From assembly GCA_030141605.1 (NCBI GenBank), contig JAQGDQ010001032.1:1-64000 (forward strand): a stretch of DNA of 64,000 nt. Reading direction: 5' to 3'. The position numbers and the translations under genes are program-made. Positions 48,801 through 61,966 of this stretch are shown here, piece by piece. Source of the stretch: Tubiluchus corallicola (taxonomy: Eukaryota; Animalia; Priapulida). The first letter of the stretch is position 1. The number at the start of each line of letters is the position of its first letter. Below the pieces are notes generated by a model. That model was not told the origin of the DNA and did not search any database. It saw only the letters and a program-made list of their open reading frames with translations.

Positions 48801-51800
48801 TTCACCGCTCAGCGTATTAACTTGACGTTTTTGCTTCTTTGAAACTACTTACTTTTCACCGCTCAGCGTATTAACTTGACGTTTTTGCTTCTTTGAAACT
48901 ACTTACGTTTCACCGCTCAGCGTATTAACTTTACGTTTTTGCTTCTTTGAAACTACTTACCTTTCAACGCTCAGCGTATTAACTTTACGTTTTTGCTTCT
49001 TTGAAACTACTTACGTTTCACCGTTCAGCGTATTAACTTTACGTTTTTGCTTCTTTGAAACTACTTGCTTTTCACCGCTCAGCGTATTAACTTGACGTTT
49101 TTGCTTCTTTGAAACTACTTACGTTTCACCGCTCAGCGTATTAACTTTACGTTTTTGCTTCTTTGAAACTACTTACGTTTCACCGCTCAGGGTATTAACT
49201 TTACGTTTTTGCTTCTTTGAAACTACTTACGTTTCACCGCTCAGCGTATTAACTTTACGTTTTTGCTTCTTTGAAACTACTTACGTTTCACCGCTCAGCG
49301 TATTAACTTTCACCGCTCAGCGTATTAACTTTACGTTTTTGCTTCTTTGAAACTACTTACGTTTCACCGCTCAGCGTATTAACTTTACGTTTTTGCTTCT
49401 TTGAAACTACTTACGTTTCACCGCTCAGCGTATTAACTTTCACCGCTCAGCGTATTAACTTTACGTTTTTGCTTCTTTGAAACTACTTACGTTTCACCGC
49501 TCAACGTATTAACTTTACGTTTTTGCTTCTTTGAAACTACTTACGTTTCACCGCTCAGTGTATTAACTTTACGTCTTTGCTTCTTTGAAACTACTTACCT
49601 TTCAACGCTCAGCGTATTAGCTTTACGTTTTTGCTTCTTTGAAACTACTTATGTTTCACCGCTCAACGTATTAACTTTACGTTTTTGCTTCTTTGAAACT
49701 ACTTACGTTTCACCGCTCAGCGTATTAACTTGACGTTTTTGCTTCTTTGAAACTACTTACGTTTCACCGCTCAACGTATTAACTTTACGTTTTTGCTTCT
49801 TTGAAACTACTTACGTTTCACCGCTCAACGTATTAACTTTACGTTTTTGCTTCTTTGGAACTACGCAGTTTGAAAATTCTAGTAAATCATGGTAATCGTA
49901 TTATAACACGTTAAGTATTTTATAGAAGTCAGTTGTATTTACATTTAACTTAATTCAGTTTCCATTTTTGTTTCAGCCCGATGACAGGGGAACTGTAAGT
50001 ACCGTCGTTTTTTACTCTGACATTTTGTAATACGTTCTTTTTTAATACTGTGTATGTATTGGAATCGGGTAGGTTATTTTTTGCTAACAACAATACTCAT
50101 GGAGGAATTTATTGTAAACTACCTGTGAGTTTTGGCTTCTAATTTGGATCACTGAAATGTACATGTGAAAGTCATGTTTGAAGTTGTAGATCACTCACTT
50201 TGTAATGATTGAGTTTAAGCACAGAAGTATGAACAAGAATAAAAAAATCTATAATACATAGTTACACTGTACACAATAGAAAAGTGTTTATTGAATCTAC
50301 AGACACATGAGTAGCACAACTGCTGCACTGAACACTGAGAGTTAGAGTGACTAGAAAGCAAAACCAGTCAGTATATATAGGTATAGGTGACCTATGCAGA
50401 TTTGCACATTCTTCACAACAACCATTACTTTAAAATAGGGAGAGAACCAGTGAATGCATATTGGACCATACAATTATACTGGGGGTAATTTAGCTGGTGG
50501 AATGTAACAGGATTAGTTCATAGATGGCAGCACCTAATTAAAAATGTACAATTCCAACTTCCACAGTATAAGAAGGACACACCTTTATCAAATACAGTAG
50601 GTGCCATTTATTAAACTCACGTTGCATTTAATTGCATCAAAACTTCTGCTATGGGGCGCTTCTATTCAAATGTACATAAAAACAGTTGGCAATTGACTCA
50701 ATGTTTTTCTTTATGTACTTGAAATAAGACACTTGAGTGTGACCACAGAGCTTTTACAGCTTTTGTGTAATGTTCGTGTCACTCTTCTGCACTATAATGT
50801 ATGTAGAAACAATCATATTAAGTACAGCTTTGTTCGTAAGCATGTGTGTTTGTGATGCGCTAATGGTAGCTGTCATCGGCTTGAATCTGTCACCCGCTCG
50901 TCCACTGCAGTTAATCTCGTTTCTGAAAGCTAAACATTTAATCACTTGACCAGCGGTTTGCTTTTGAAGTTCCCGCTGCTTTTCACAGGAGGAACAAGGT
51001 CATCATCAACTGCAGCTCAAGCACTAGGTGACTAGGTGTGTTGCGTGAATATGTGCAGCAAACAGTAACAGATTTTCAATGTTTTTATCATTATGAGAAT
51101 TTCATAAACCAACTTCTTTGTGAAGAAATGAAGCAACCGACCTTACACGAATTTCTGTCATTTTTAGTGGTAATATAATCGGATTTGCGAGAATTTTATT
51201 TTCTTTCTTTATTAATTCACTTATACAGATTATCATTCTTAAATAATTGCACATTGGAATTTTGACATGAATTCGTTTCTAAAATTCATTTAAAGCCTTT
51301 GCAAGCCAAGCGTAACATACTAAGGTGATGCATCATTATTCATACTTCTATAGTAGTAATAGGCTATACCCTTCAGTTAATTGAATCAGTCGGTTAATTG
51401 GGTCGGAACACTTTGGGTCCCAAAGTGAGTCTATTAAGTGGCGCCTACTGTACCGTCTTACACATTCTATTTCAGAGTTTGTGAAAACATTTTACGATTA
51501 ACAACTCTATGATTATATTTAGTAAAATAATCGAGTCCTATAGGAGAATTGCCCCAACATAAACCCAAATGCTTGGAGATGAAATTAGTAGAAATGATTA
51601 CCCTGACATGTTAGTAAATTACGAGCTCTGTCTTTTTAGTGTTTCCTGTTTAGTCGTTCACACTTACGGAGAACATGTGACCCGAGCTTTAGATTTGAGA
51701 CACTGATGCTAAATTACCCTAGACCAGTCATAATATATTAGTTTTACTGCCACAAACCGTCACACTTGGATATTAGAAATACTCCGATTAGAGAGTAGTA

Positions 51801-54682
51801 GTGCTGTTTGTTCATTAGCCAGCTACACCTAGCATGATATGACTTGTATACCAGAATTACAAATTTCTGCTATTTTTTATTTGAGAAAGGAGTAGAGTAA
51901 TATCTTCTAGATTGATGTGTGTCATTGGATTAGTATGCTCCCCTGACATACTAATTGATAATGATCTTGAATCAGTTTTTGAAAGATGTTGTATTAGCAT
52001 GATTGTTGATAAATGATAATTAATATGGGAAACCATATTTCTGATTGTAAGTGAGAATTTTTTCATCTCTGAACTTCGTCCTTCATTTACGTTACTTAAA
52101 TTTTAATGTCACAGTTCACTCATTATGGAGTACTTGGCCCATGTTTTCTGTCCTGTTTGCAGATAAATGGTCAACAAGTGGTCAGAGTTACACGGCGAGG
52201 CGATCAAGCCGTCCATTCCGTAGCTAACCCGATAGAAGCTGGAATTAGAGTGACGGTGCAGTTGGACTGGACCAGAAGGTTTGACCATATGCAACAACAC
52301 ACGGGTAAATCCTTAATAACACTTCTTTATCTAGTTTTATATTGCTATGTAGTACAGTCTCATCTCGGTTTGCCAGACAAAAGCGGGGAGACGTCGGTCC
52401 GAATTTGCCGATTGTCCGTGAGTAAGTAATGTAGAATCAATCGCCTAATTGTCTCAAAAATATCTAGTATAGGCCACTTCTATGCAAAAGTATGTAAAAA
52501 CTGTCAACAATTGACTCAAATAACTCTGCATAGTTGACTCTGTATTTTTTCTGCATATGCTTAAGTAAGATACTTTTGTGTGACCAATGAGCTTTTACTA
52601 TTTTTATGTCGTCTTACTTTGCTTTAAATACGTAGAAGCAATCATGTTAAGTACAATAGTTACACGCTGCTTGGTCACACTGATGTAATGGTGTAAACAA
52701 AGTGACGGCCCGCCAACTAGCAGTCTGCTCACGAAACAACGGACTGTGTCTGCAGTATGCGGGACTTTTTAACGGTACAGATTTTGTCCGATTCTTCTGA
52801 TGTCCATAAAACCGAGGTCCAGCAAACCGAGATACGAGTGTATGTATGTGTGTATTGTGTATCAGGTATTGTTTAATGTGATATATAGGCATAATAGGTT
52901 TCTAAACAATTGGAAACATGAATATCTGCTTTTTGCTACCTCTCTGAATATGTTTAACTTCAATAAAATGCATGCAGTGTTGCATAAAGCTAACCAAACA
53001 AAAAAATAATGTAATAATAATAATAATAATAATCTTTATTTAAAGTCGGCTTTTGGGTCAACAATCAACATTAGCTCAAAGAGCTATTATCGCCGATTGT
53101 AAATAGCAACCTACAACTACATAACAGACTATTATTATTGCCCCACTTTTACCCTAAATACCACGCATCAAGCAGGGCAACAGCAGGTACCATTTTTAAA
53201 GTCTTTGGTATGACCCGGCCGCTGGTTCGAACTCACGACCTCCCAGACGGAAAGCAGACGCATTACCACTAGACTCAACCATCTGGTCGAAAGCAAATGT
53301 TTTTTTTTGCTACATATATAAGGGACTGTAAGGAACTGTAAGTATATGTTCATACTTACTATTACGTACTTAACATACTAGTGATCTTTTCTCTACTAGA
53401 AAATGCTTCTGTGTTTCCCAGGGAACGTTCCGGACATTGCCAGCTTTGTCTAGCTTTTCCGGAAGGATAGAGGAAAGTCATGAAAGCTTTTGCGACACTT
53501 GAAATAATAAACTGCGATTATCTTTTTGTCATTTTTCTAGGTCAACATCTTATAACCGCTATAGCAGACGAAAGATATGGTTACAAGACAACTTCCTGGT
53601 GAGATCATGTCTAGCTATTTATATAACATTGATAATTGTTGTGCACTTCAACTAGTCTGCTTTTACGAGAATAAAGTTTAAGATTTACGACCAAGCGTCT
53701 GCCTTTTGAATTCAATCATCACATTAAACAATATGTGATACACAATATACACGTACACTCATATGTCGGTTTGCTGGACCTCGCTTTCACGGATATTGGA
53801 AGAATCGGACAAAATCTGGAACATTAAAAAGTTCCGCATACTGCGGACACAGTCCGTTGTTTCGTGAGCTGACTGCTAGTTGGCACGCCACTACACCATT
53901 ACATCAGTGTAACCAAGCAGCATATAAATCTTGTACTTAACATGATTGCTTCTACGTATTTAAAGCAAAGAAAGGCGACATAAAAATAGTAAAAGCTCAT
54001 TGGTCACACAAAAGTATCTTACTTAAGCATATGCAGAAAAAATATAGAGTCAATTATACAGAGTTATTTGAGTCAATTGTTGACAGTTTTTACATACTTT
54101 TGCATAGAAACGGCCTGTACTAGACATTTTTGAGATAATTAGGCAATTGATTCTACATTACTTGCTCACGGACAATCGACAAATTCGGACCGACGTCTCC
54201 CCGCTTTTGTCTGGCAAACCGAGATGTGACTGTACCACATAATTATCATTCTAGTGCGTACACTAAATTTTTCAAATTTGCATCACTTGCAAAGATGGTC
54301 AGTTTTTTTTGGTGCTATTCTTGCTGTAGGTGTTATGAAATTTCATTTGTTTTGCAAAATGCTTAGGATAAATGTTTGTTTTATGAAATCCTTTACATAT
54401 ATATGTATGCTATCTTTACTTCGTACAATTCATTAAATAAATGTACAGTTCTTATTACTTAGCAAATTTAGTAAATAAATTAATATTAACGATAATTTGT
54501 GACCGGATTAGTGGAAAAAAATAAGTACTAATATTTGCACACACACACACACGCGCGCACACACACATGCACGCACGCACACACACCCACATACAACACA
54601 CACACACACTATAAGAACAAATCAGTAATGACTTTACATACTAATATTTACACACGCACGCACACACACACAAACACGCATG

Positions 54683-54714
<32 letters not shown>

Positions 54715-57700
54715 TGCACACACACACGTGCTCACGCGCACGCACGCACGCACTCACACACACACACACACTACAAGAACAAATCAGTAATGACTTTACA
54801 CTGTTGCAAGATAACCTATTAATATAGCTAACTGGCTATTAATATATCGAACTGCCAAAAGTTGAACTTGTGCCAAAATAACTCAACTTAATTTTGCTTA
54901 CATGACAAAAACATACACAACTCCAGCAGCATTGGAACAGACTTCTAACAATAACTTCACTAAGCATTGCTCAAGCCCAACATTAAGAACTCCACCCATC
55001 GCTAACAATGATTCCTTAATAATATTTCCGTTAATAATGGTTTTTCTGTTTGCACTATTAATATATCATTTCATGAAATCATCTTCTTTTAATTTAATGT
55101 AATTCCATATTAGATCTATAAGCAGTTGAGTGTTACTAAGACTAGATATTGTATGATTTCTGTTTTGTACAGTATGCAACTTATGTAGGATTCATTTTGG
55201 GTGCCTTTCATACATTTTCGGGGCTAATTGAGTTTTATAAATATTATAGCAATTTTTTTTCCATTCAAGTGGGATTTAGGCTAGAAGTTTGAGCTATACT
55301 AAGTGAAGTTATTGTTAGTGAAGTTGTCTGTTCCAATGCTGCTGGAGTTGTGTATGTTGTTGTCATGTAAGCAAAATTAAGTTGAGTTATTTTGGCACAA
55401 GTTCAACTTTTGGCAGTTCGACCGTAATTTCAGAACTAGAATTTGGCATTCCCAATTTCTTCTTCCTCATCATTTTGCTTTAATGATGATTTTTTTACTT
55501 TGCTCACAGCCATTTTTATTTTTACAACGTTTTTTACCTAATTTGAAGCATTAAAATGGTACAAGTTGTGTTATTCTGTTATAAAAATGTATTAGTCACC
55601 TAAATAATGCAAGTATTATCATGTTTTCGCTTGCCGACTGACTACATACTAACTTCTAGCCGTTTGTATCAAGCGACACCCGAGTTTAAACTTTATGCAA
55701 AATAATTTTGTCTGTAACCTGTTGCTATAACAACCAGATTAGTACTACATGACATTGTCTCAAGGTCACTCTATCCAGAGCTTGGCATTCGCTATCGAGT
55801 GTTTTACATGCTGTGTTGCTGTGAGCTTTTCATTATTGCTCTGTGTGTAACTGCAGTTGCATTTGTAGGAGCCTAGGCAATCAAATATCTTCTATAGAAC
55901 TGGACACACCAAAGATGTCAGTGCAGCAGTTCGATGAATTAGAAGAGATTGTCAATGAAAAAATTCGAGCAGGTATTCGAGTAACCCCACACCTGTATGC
56001 CAGCAAAGATGATTCTTCACTACATCAGGTGTGTGTGTTTTTATAAAATTTTCGCTTTGAGTTTCATTTTGTTTGATATAATTTTTTGCTATGAGTTAAA
56101 TTCAGTTTTGCATTGCTTGTGATAACTTCCTTTTATTCTGAGTGGAATTGCATTTTTGCTTTGAGTAGATTTTTGTTGCTTTTGTTTGATGTTATTTTTT
56201 CTCTACATTGAATTTCATTAATTTTTTGCTTGATGTTATTCCTTGTTATGCTTTGAATTGCATTTCTGCTTTGAGTTGATTTTTGTTGCTTTTGCCTTTT
56301 ATACATACACAAACACCTGAAAATGTCATGAGCCTGTAAGTAAACTTGTATTCTTAATAAGGGGCAGCTGACCAAGTGACCAATAGGTCTTTTGCTGCTC
56401 CTTCTCAGCTGCAATGAAATGTAAAAATAATTATGACTAATTTTAACTGCTATTGAGAAAATAAAAATTGAATTGAATTAAATTGAATTCAGCTTATAAC
56501 GCAAGTCTCAGTAGTAGGATAATTTTATTATGTCTCTGCCAAGGTTATAATAAAGCCTATGTAATCACATATTATTCTTCACACAAACTTCTTACTACGA
56601 AAACCCATCTGGTACGAAGTCTTCCCAAAGTCCCGCCAACATAATTTTAATGTAAAGAAGCACTTGTAATACAATTTCTGCAGTGTTCCACTCCGTATAG
56701 ACATACTTGATTTATCCCAAGGTGATCGTAACCTGCTTTATTGTTTTGTAATCCATCCCGCTTCCTGTTTCTCTTTCTATTCGTAAGCAGCTAGGCCTCT
56801 CTTGTGTTTTGTTTCTCTCGGAAGTCTCGTAGAGAAAACCAGAAAACGCTTCGTCAAATTAAACTGGTTTATTAAGCGAGAATTCTACAACACAAAAGTA
56901 TGAAGGAACGCGAAATATTTACAGTAAACGAGAAAATCTGGAAAACGTTTACGTGTATCTGAAAATACAAGTATACAAGATGTAAATTATGAGTTGGTAA
57001 AAATGTTGGTAACTGATAGTACAAATACGAAAAATATTTAGTTTCTTACTGGGATTCCACTCTATCGTGTCGCAAGAAATAAATCCCAGCGATTTTTATT
57101 GCATGTGACATCAGGCAAAAAGAGGGCAAAGTTTAACAGCTTTAGTGGGAGGAAAAGCTACTGCAGCAGTCATACCACAATCCTGGTACAGATTATGCAA
57201 AACAAGGCATCATTGATAAATCTTTAGAGCTGATGTCAACATAGCACAATCTATTATCTTTCTTCCTACCATTTCCACTAACACATCCTTCTACCCTTCC
57301 TGTGTGATCTAACATTTCTCCCAGTTCTTTTCTTTTGTTCACTCATCCATTCTTTTTTATCGGGTTCACATTACAGTGGGCTTATACAGGCCTTTGCTTC
57401 TCTAGCCCACTGCAGTACAATCATTCTTTTATGATAACGATAGCGTATGAAACATAAGAATTTAAGACAGTATGACGTAATAATTGATGTCACAGTGTGC
57501 TTAATGTCATTATATTGTACTGGATGTGACAATAATAATAATAAAAAAAAACATTAAATAGACATGTTATTTTTTTTGTTTAATAGCCATTTTGTGAGAA
57601 CAGTAAGAATGAGTGTATAATGTAGAGACTATTTACAGTTCTGCCAAATTGTAATAGCATTTAGTGTACAGAAATCTTTTGCTTCAATTTTAAGATTTTT

Positions 57701-60700
57701 TCAAGTTTAAATTAATACTGATGATGATTTTACATGATTACAGGTGCGGACAAGAGGTTTACCTGATGATCATGTAGGTCCAGTCAGAGTAGTAACTATT
57801 GAAGGAATAGAAAGTAATATGTGTTGTGGGACGCATCTATCTAATCTCTGTCATATGCAGGTAAATGGTTTAGGTAATTATAATTTTATTTTCTGCTTTT
57901 TTACTATAGATTGGAGTTTTTCTGATGAGTTAACGAACGGACAGTACTTAAATGAACTAGCAAATCCTACCCTTTGTATATATTTGTATATTATTTGTAT
58001 ATCATTGTATATACAAGTAAGCAATATGGTACATTGTAATACAAGTAAGCGGTGCATTGACAGCTAATCACATAATTCATATTCGTAACTATTTAAAAAA
58101 AATTTTTTTCGCTTTAAGGCTCACTCAAGGTCGTAATTACATATTATGTTTTCCTTTCTCAACTTTCAGGTTTATTGCTCTTATACCATTGCTATTATTA
58201 CATCATTTACTTCTTCCTTACTTACATTAAGTTATCTACAGAAGCATGCATAATTATAATCAGTTTTTCATTTAAGTAAGGTGAGTGTGTTAATGACCGT
58301 ATGGTCGTACACTCACCTCGCACTACTCAAATTATTACATCATTTACTTCATCCTTATTTACATTAAGTTATCTACAGAAGCATGCATAATTATAATCAG
58401 TTTTTCATTTAAGTAAGGTGAGTGTGTTAATGACCGTATGGTCGTACACTCACCTCGCACTACTCAAATTATTACATCATTTACTTCATCCTTATTTACA
58501 TTAAGTTATCTACAGAAGCATGCATAATTATAATCACTTTTTCATTTAAGTAAAGTGAGTGTGTTAATGACCGTATGGTCATACACTCACCTCGCACTAC
58601 CCAAATTATTTCATTTAAAGTTTATCAATGTGTTTGATATTGTATTTTTTGATGTGCGAAATAAAATTCATAGTTCATAGTACCTTCTAAGCAGCGTGTC
58701 ATTTTAAACTTTCAGCAGGTTATAAAACCGCGCCAACAAACATATTGCACCCATATCTCGGTTTGTCGGACCTTGCATATGGTTTTACGGATATCGGACA
58801 AAATCTGGACCGTTAAAAGTCTGGCATATTACAGACACAGTCCATTGTTTCGCGAGCTGACCGCTAGTTGGCAGGCCGTCACTTTGTTTACTTCAGTGCA
58901 ACCAAGCATGGTTTAACGTCACATGTGTAGCTTGTATGTCAGGAGTGACCCGCACTAGACGTTTTTGAGACAATTAGGAGATTGATTCTGCATTACCGTG
59001 AGTCTAATACACGGCGCCTTCTGTATTAGCTTAGTATCGATAAATACGGACAATTGGCAAATTTGGACCGACCTCTCCCCGCTTTTGTCCGGCAAACAGA
59101 GATATGAGTCCGTTTTGTTAACGAAGCATCTTTTTCATTAGTTTTTACAGTACTCCAGAGTAGGGGCGAGCATAATGTTATCAAAAAACTAATTCGAATC
59201 GAATCCATTGATTTGATTTTTCAATTTGAATTTGGATAATAGCCATATCAGTATGTTCTGTTAGAGTTCCAGTATGGGTAATAGCCATATCAGTATGTTC
59301 TGTTAGAGTTCCAGTATGGGTAATAGCCATATCAGTATGTTCTGTTAGAGTTCCAGTATGGGTAATAGCCATATCAGTATGTTCTGTTAGAGTTCCAGTA
59401 TGGGTAATAGCCATATCAGTATGTTCTGTTAGAGTTCCAGTATGGGTGTTTATCTTGCAGCTCGAGCAAAGGCCCCGCAAAAAATTTTGCTTATAAATAC
59501 ACGTATAATCAAAAATACGCAAACATCCTACCTAGTCCTCATTTATAACCCAAAGCCAGTAGCAGCAGCTTTTACTGAATTAAAGCTATAAGTTTATAGA
59601 CAGAGTACAATGGATGATGTCAGAACAATGGCTTTGTGTCAGCAGTTTTCCAAGCGAAAATTGCAAAAAATAGAACATCTAATTAACTCGTCGTCACTTC
59701 TCTTGGTGGACCTGTCTTAACATATAGCCCACATCATTGTGTAGCCCTGTTCTTCCTCTTTCTAAAGAGCTATATATCTCCTTCCGAAAGTCCCACCAGG
59801 CGCCTGTAGAACGCTTTTTCCGCATGCTGTTTGGTCAAAATTTCGAAAAAATCGTGAGTTATGCTGTCAAATCGGCAGATTTGTTTTGACATATCTTCAT
59901 TGCTAAAATTGTGTAATCATTGCTATGATAGTTATTCATGCGTGTGATTTTTAGAAGTAGAACTTTTAGTTGTAAAATAGAGCTTACTTTTGTAAACCCA
60001 AAATGGAAGTGCAGCAGACTTAGCTTTTTTGTTAATGTTGCTTACAAATTCGTGCACGAGGCGCCGTCTGTGGCGGGAATGTTTTTCACCTGCTAGTCAC
60101 CTGTCTGTGTTACTCACCTGTGCTCTGAACAGTCAGGTTAATCCACTTTATGGGATATGTGAGACATTTATGTACTAATTATGTTACAATTAAGCATTCA
60201 GTGGTATTAACCTCTGTTGACAGTATTTCTGTGACTACAGGAAGATTCATTTTTCTTGTAGCTTATCAAGCTGCTAGGAATGGAAAAAGGCAAGAAAGGC
60301 AAAATGTCGCTGCTCTTTGTTGCTGGAAATCGAGTTCGAAATTACCTGTCAAAATGTCTAAGAAATGAACAGGGTTTAACTGCGGTGTTGAAGTATATTT
60401 CACTCTCCTTTATTTATCATTTTCTTTACTTTATTAATACAACTTTGTTACTTTATTTTACTTTACTTTATTTACTTTAATAATATTTAATTTATTAATA
60501 TATATATATATTTTATTTCATCAGATATAATAGAAACATGTACTATCCACAATGTTATATATTAATGTTTGGGTTTTTTATTACACTGTATTTAAGGGAT
60601 GATTTTATCCAGTCTGGAGGTGTCCCTTAGTGTTTCCACGGTCAGGGAAAATCCTGGAAAATCTTTGAAAATACGGACTATCCTGGAAAGTCATGGAAAA

Positions 60701-61907
60701 GTCAGGGGAAAAGATAGTTTGGTAAAAAGTCAAGGAAAATGATGAAAATGGGGCAAAAAGTCAGGGAAATTGGAAAGGGTTGCAAAGATTAATCACCTTG
60801 AACTTGATATTTTTCCAAACTTATTTTGCAGTGATTCGCGTTCAAATAAAATTTTGTTATGGCAGGTTCTCAGTTTTGATTTCTGTTCCAAAAATAATTA
60901 TTGGCTGACACATTATATATCAGTATATGTATGAATGTCCATACACAAAAATGTATGAATATGTCTATACTGGTAATGCAATTTCTGCTTACCCTGGTCA
61001 TGGAAAATCAATATTTGGTCAAGGAAAGTCATGGAAAAGTCAGGGAGGTTTATTTTAAAATTCTGTGGAAACCCTGCCCTTGTATCCGAGGTTAACTGTA
61101 CATTTTGCAGTAAAGTTAAGCGATAATACAATGCTGTACACGTTGGTTCCATTTTAAATGAAGATGTAGACCTTATTTAATAAATCTCAAAACTTCCTTG
61201 ACGTATTTCTTTAGATTTCCAATTGAAGCCATTTTTTGTTTAGAGGCGGATCAGATCAGCATGTAGATCTGGCAGGTAAATTGGAAAAATCGTGCCGTCT
61301 TACCCAGAAGCAGTGCCTCCTGTTGTTGCGAGATCTAGCGCTTCTTGAAGCAGACAGATTCAACTTATCTGCAAATAAGACCCGCCTATTTTCCTTGCAT
61401 AGGTATGTAGATCTTTGTTTTTGTTTGTTTTTACTCACTCCGCTTCTCCTTTTTAACGAGTTGATAAGTGTATGAAATTTCACCAATTTTTTTGTCTTGT
61501 TTTAGGAAAGAAGGTGACATGGAATTTATGAACATTCTTGCTAACGAGATTCTTTCAAAAAATGAGGTATATTCTTTAACAACTCATGGTCAGCTTTGAG
61601 AACTAATACTCATAGTTTATTTTACCGGGTGGCGTAGCTCAACGGTAGCATGCTTGCTTACCACCCGGGAGATCATGGGTTTAACTCTCGACAGAGTCGT
61701 ACCAAAGACTCAAAAAATGGTGCCGCCGGTTCTTCGACCAAGCACGCGGGTTTATTCAAGTAACTTGCGGGTAATAATAATCGGGGTCGCATTGGAAATA
61801 AGTATTGAGTTACTTATGGTGTTATCCTTGGACTATGTCCTGATCGAAATTATTATTATTGTTATTATTGTTATTATTATTATTATTATTGTTATTATTA
61901 TTATTAT

Positions 61908-61966
<59 letters not shown>

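Noticed and set aside
54535-54822. His/Thr-rich ORF and similar low-complexity ORFs (313..636, 35811, 61654, 61822)
   Set aside because: Microsatellite translations.
57915-57950. Hammerhead-like CTGATGAGTTAACGAAC
   Set aside because: GAAA core is broken (GAAC) and there are no flanking stems.
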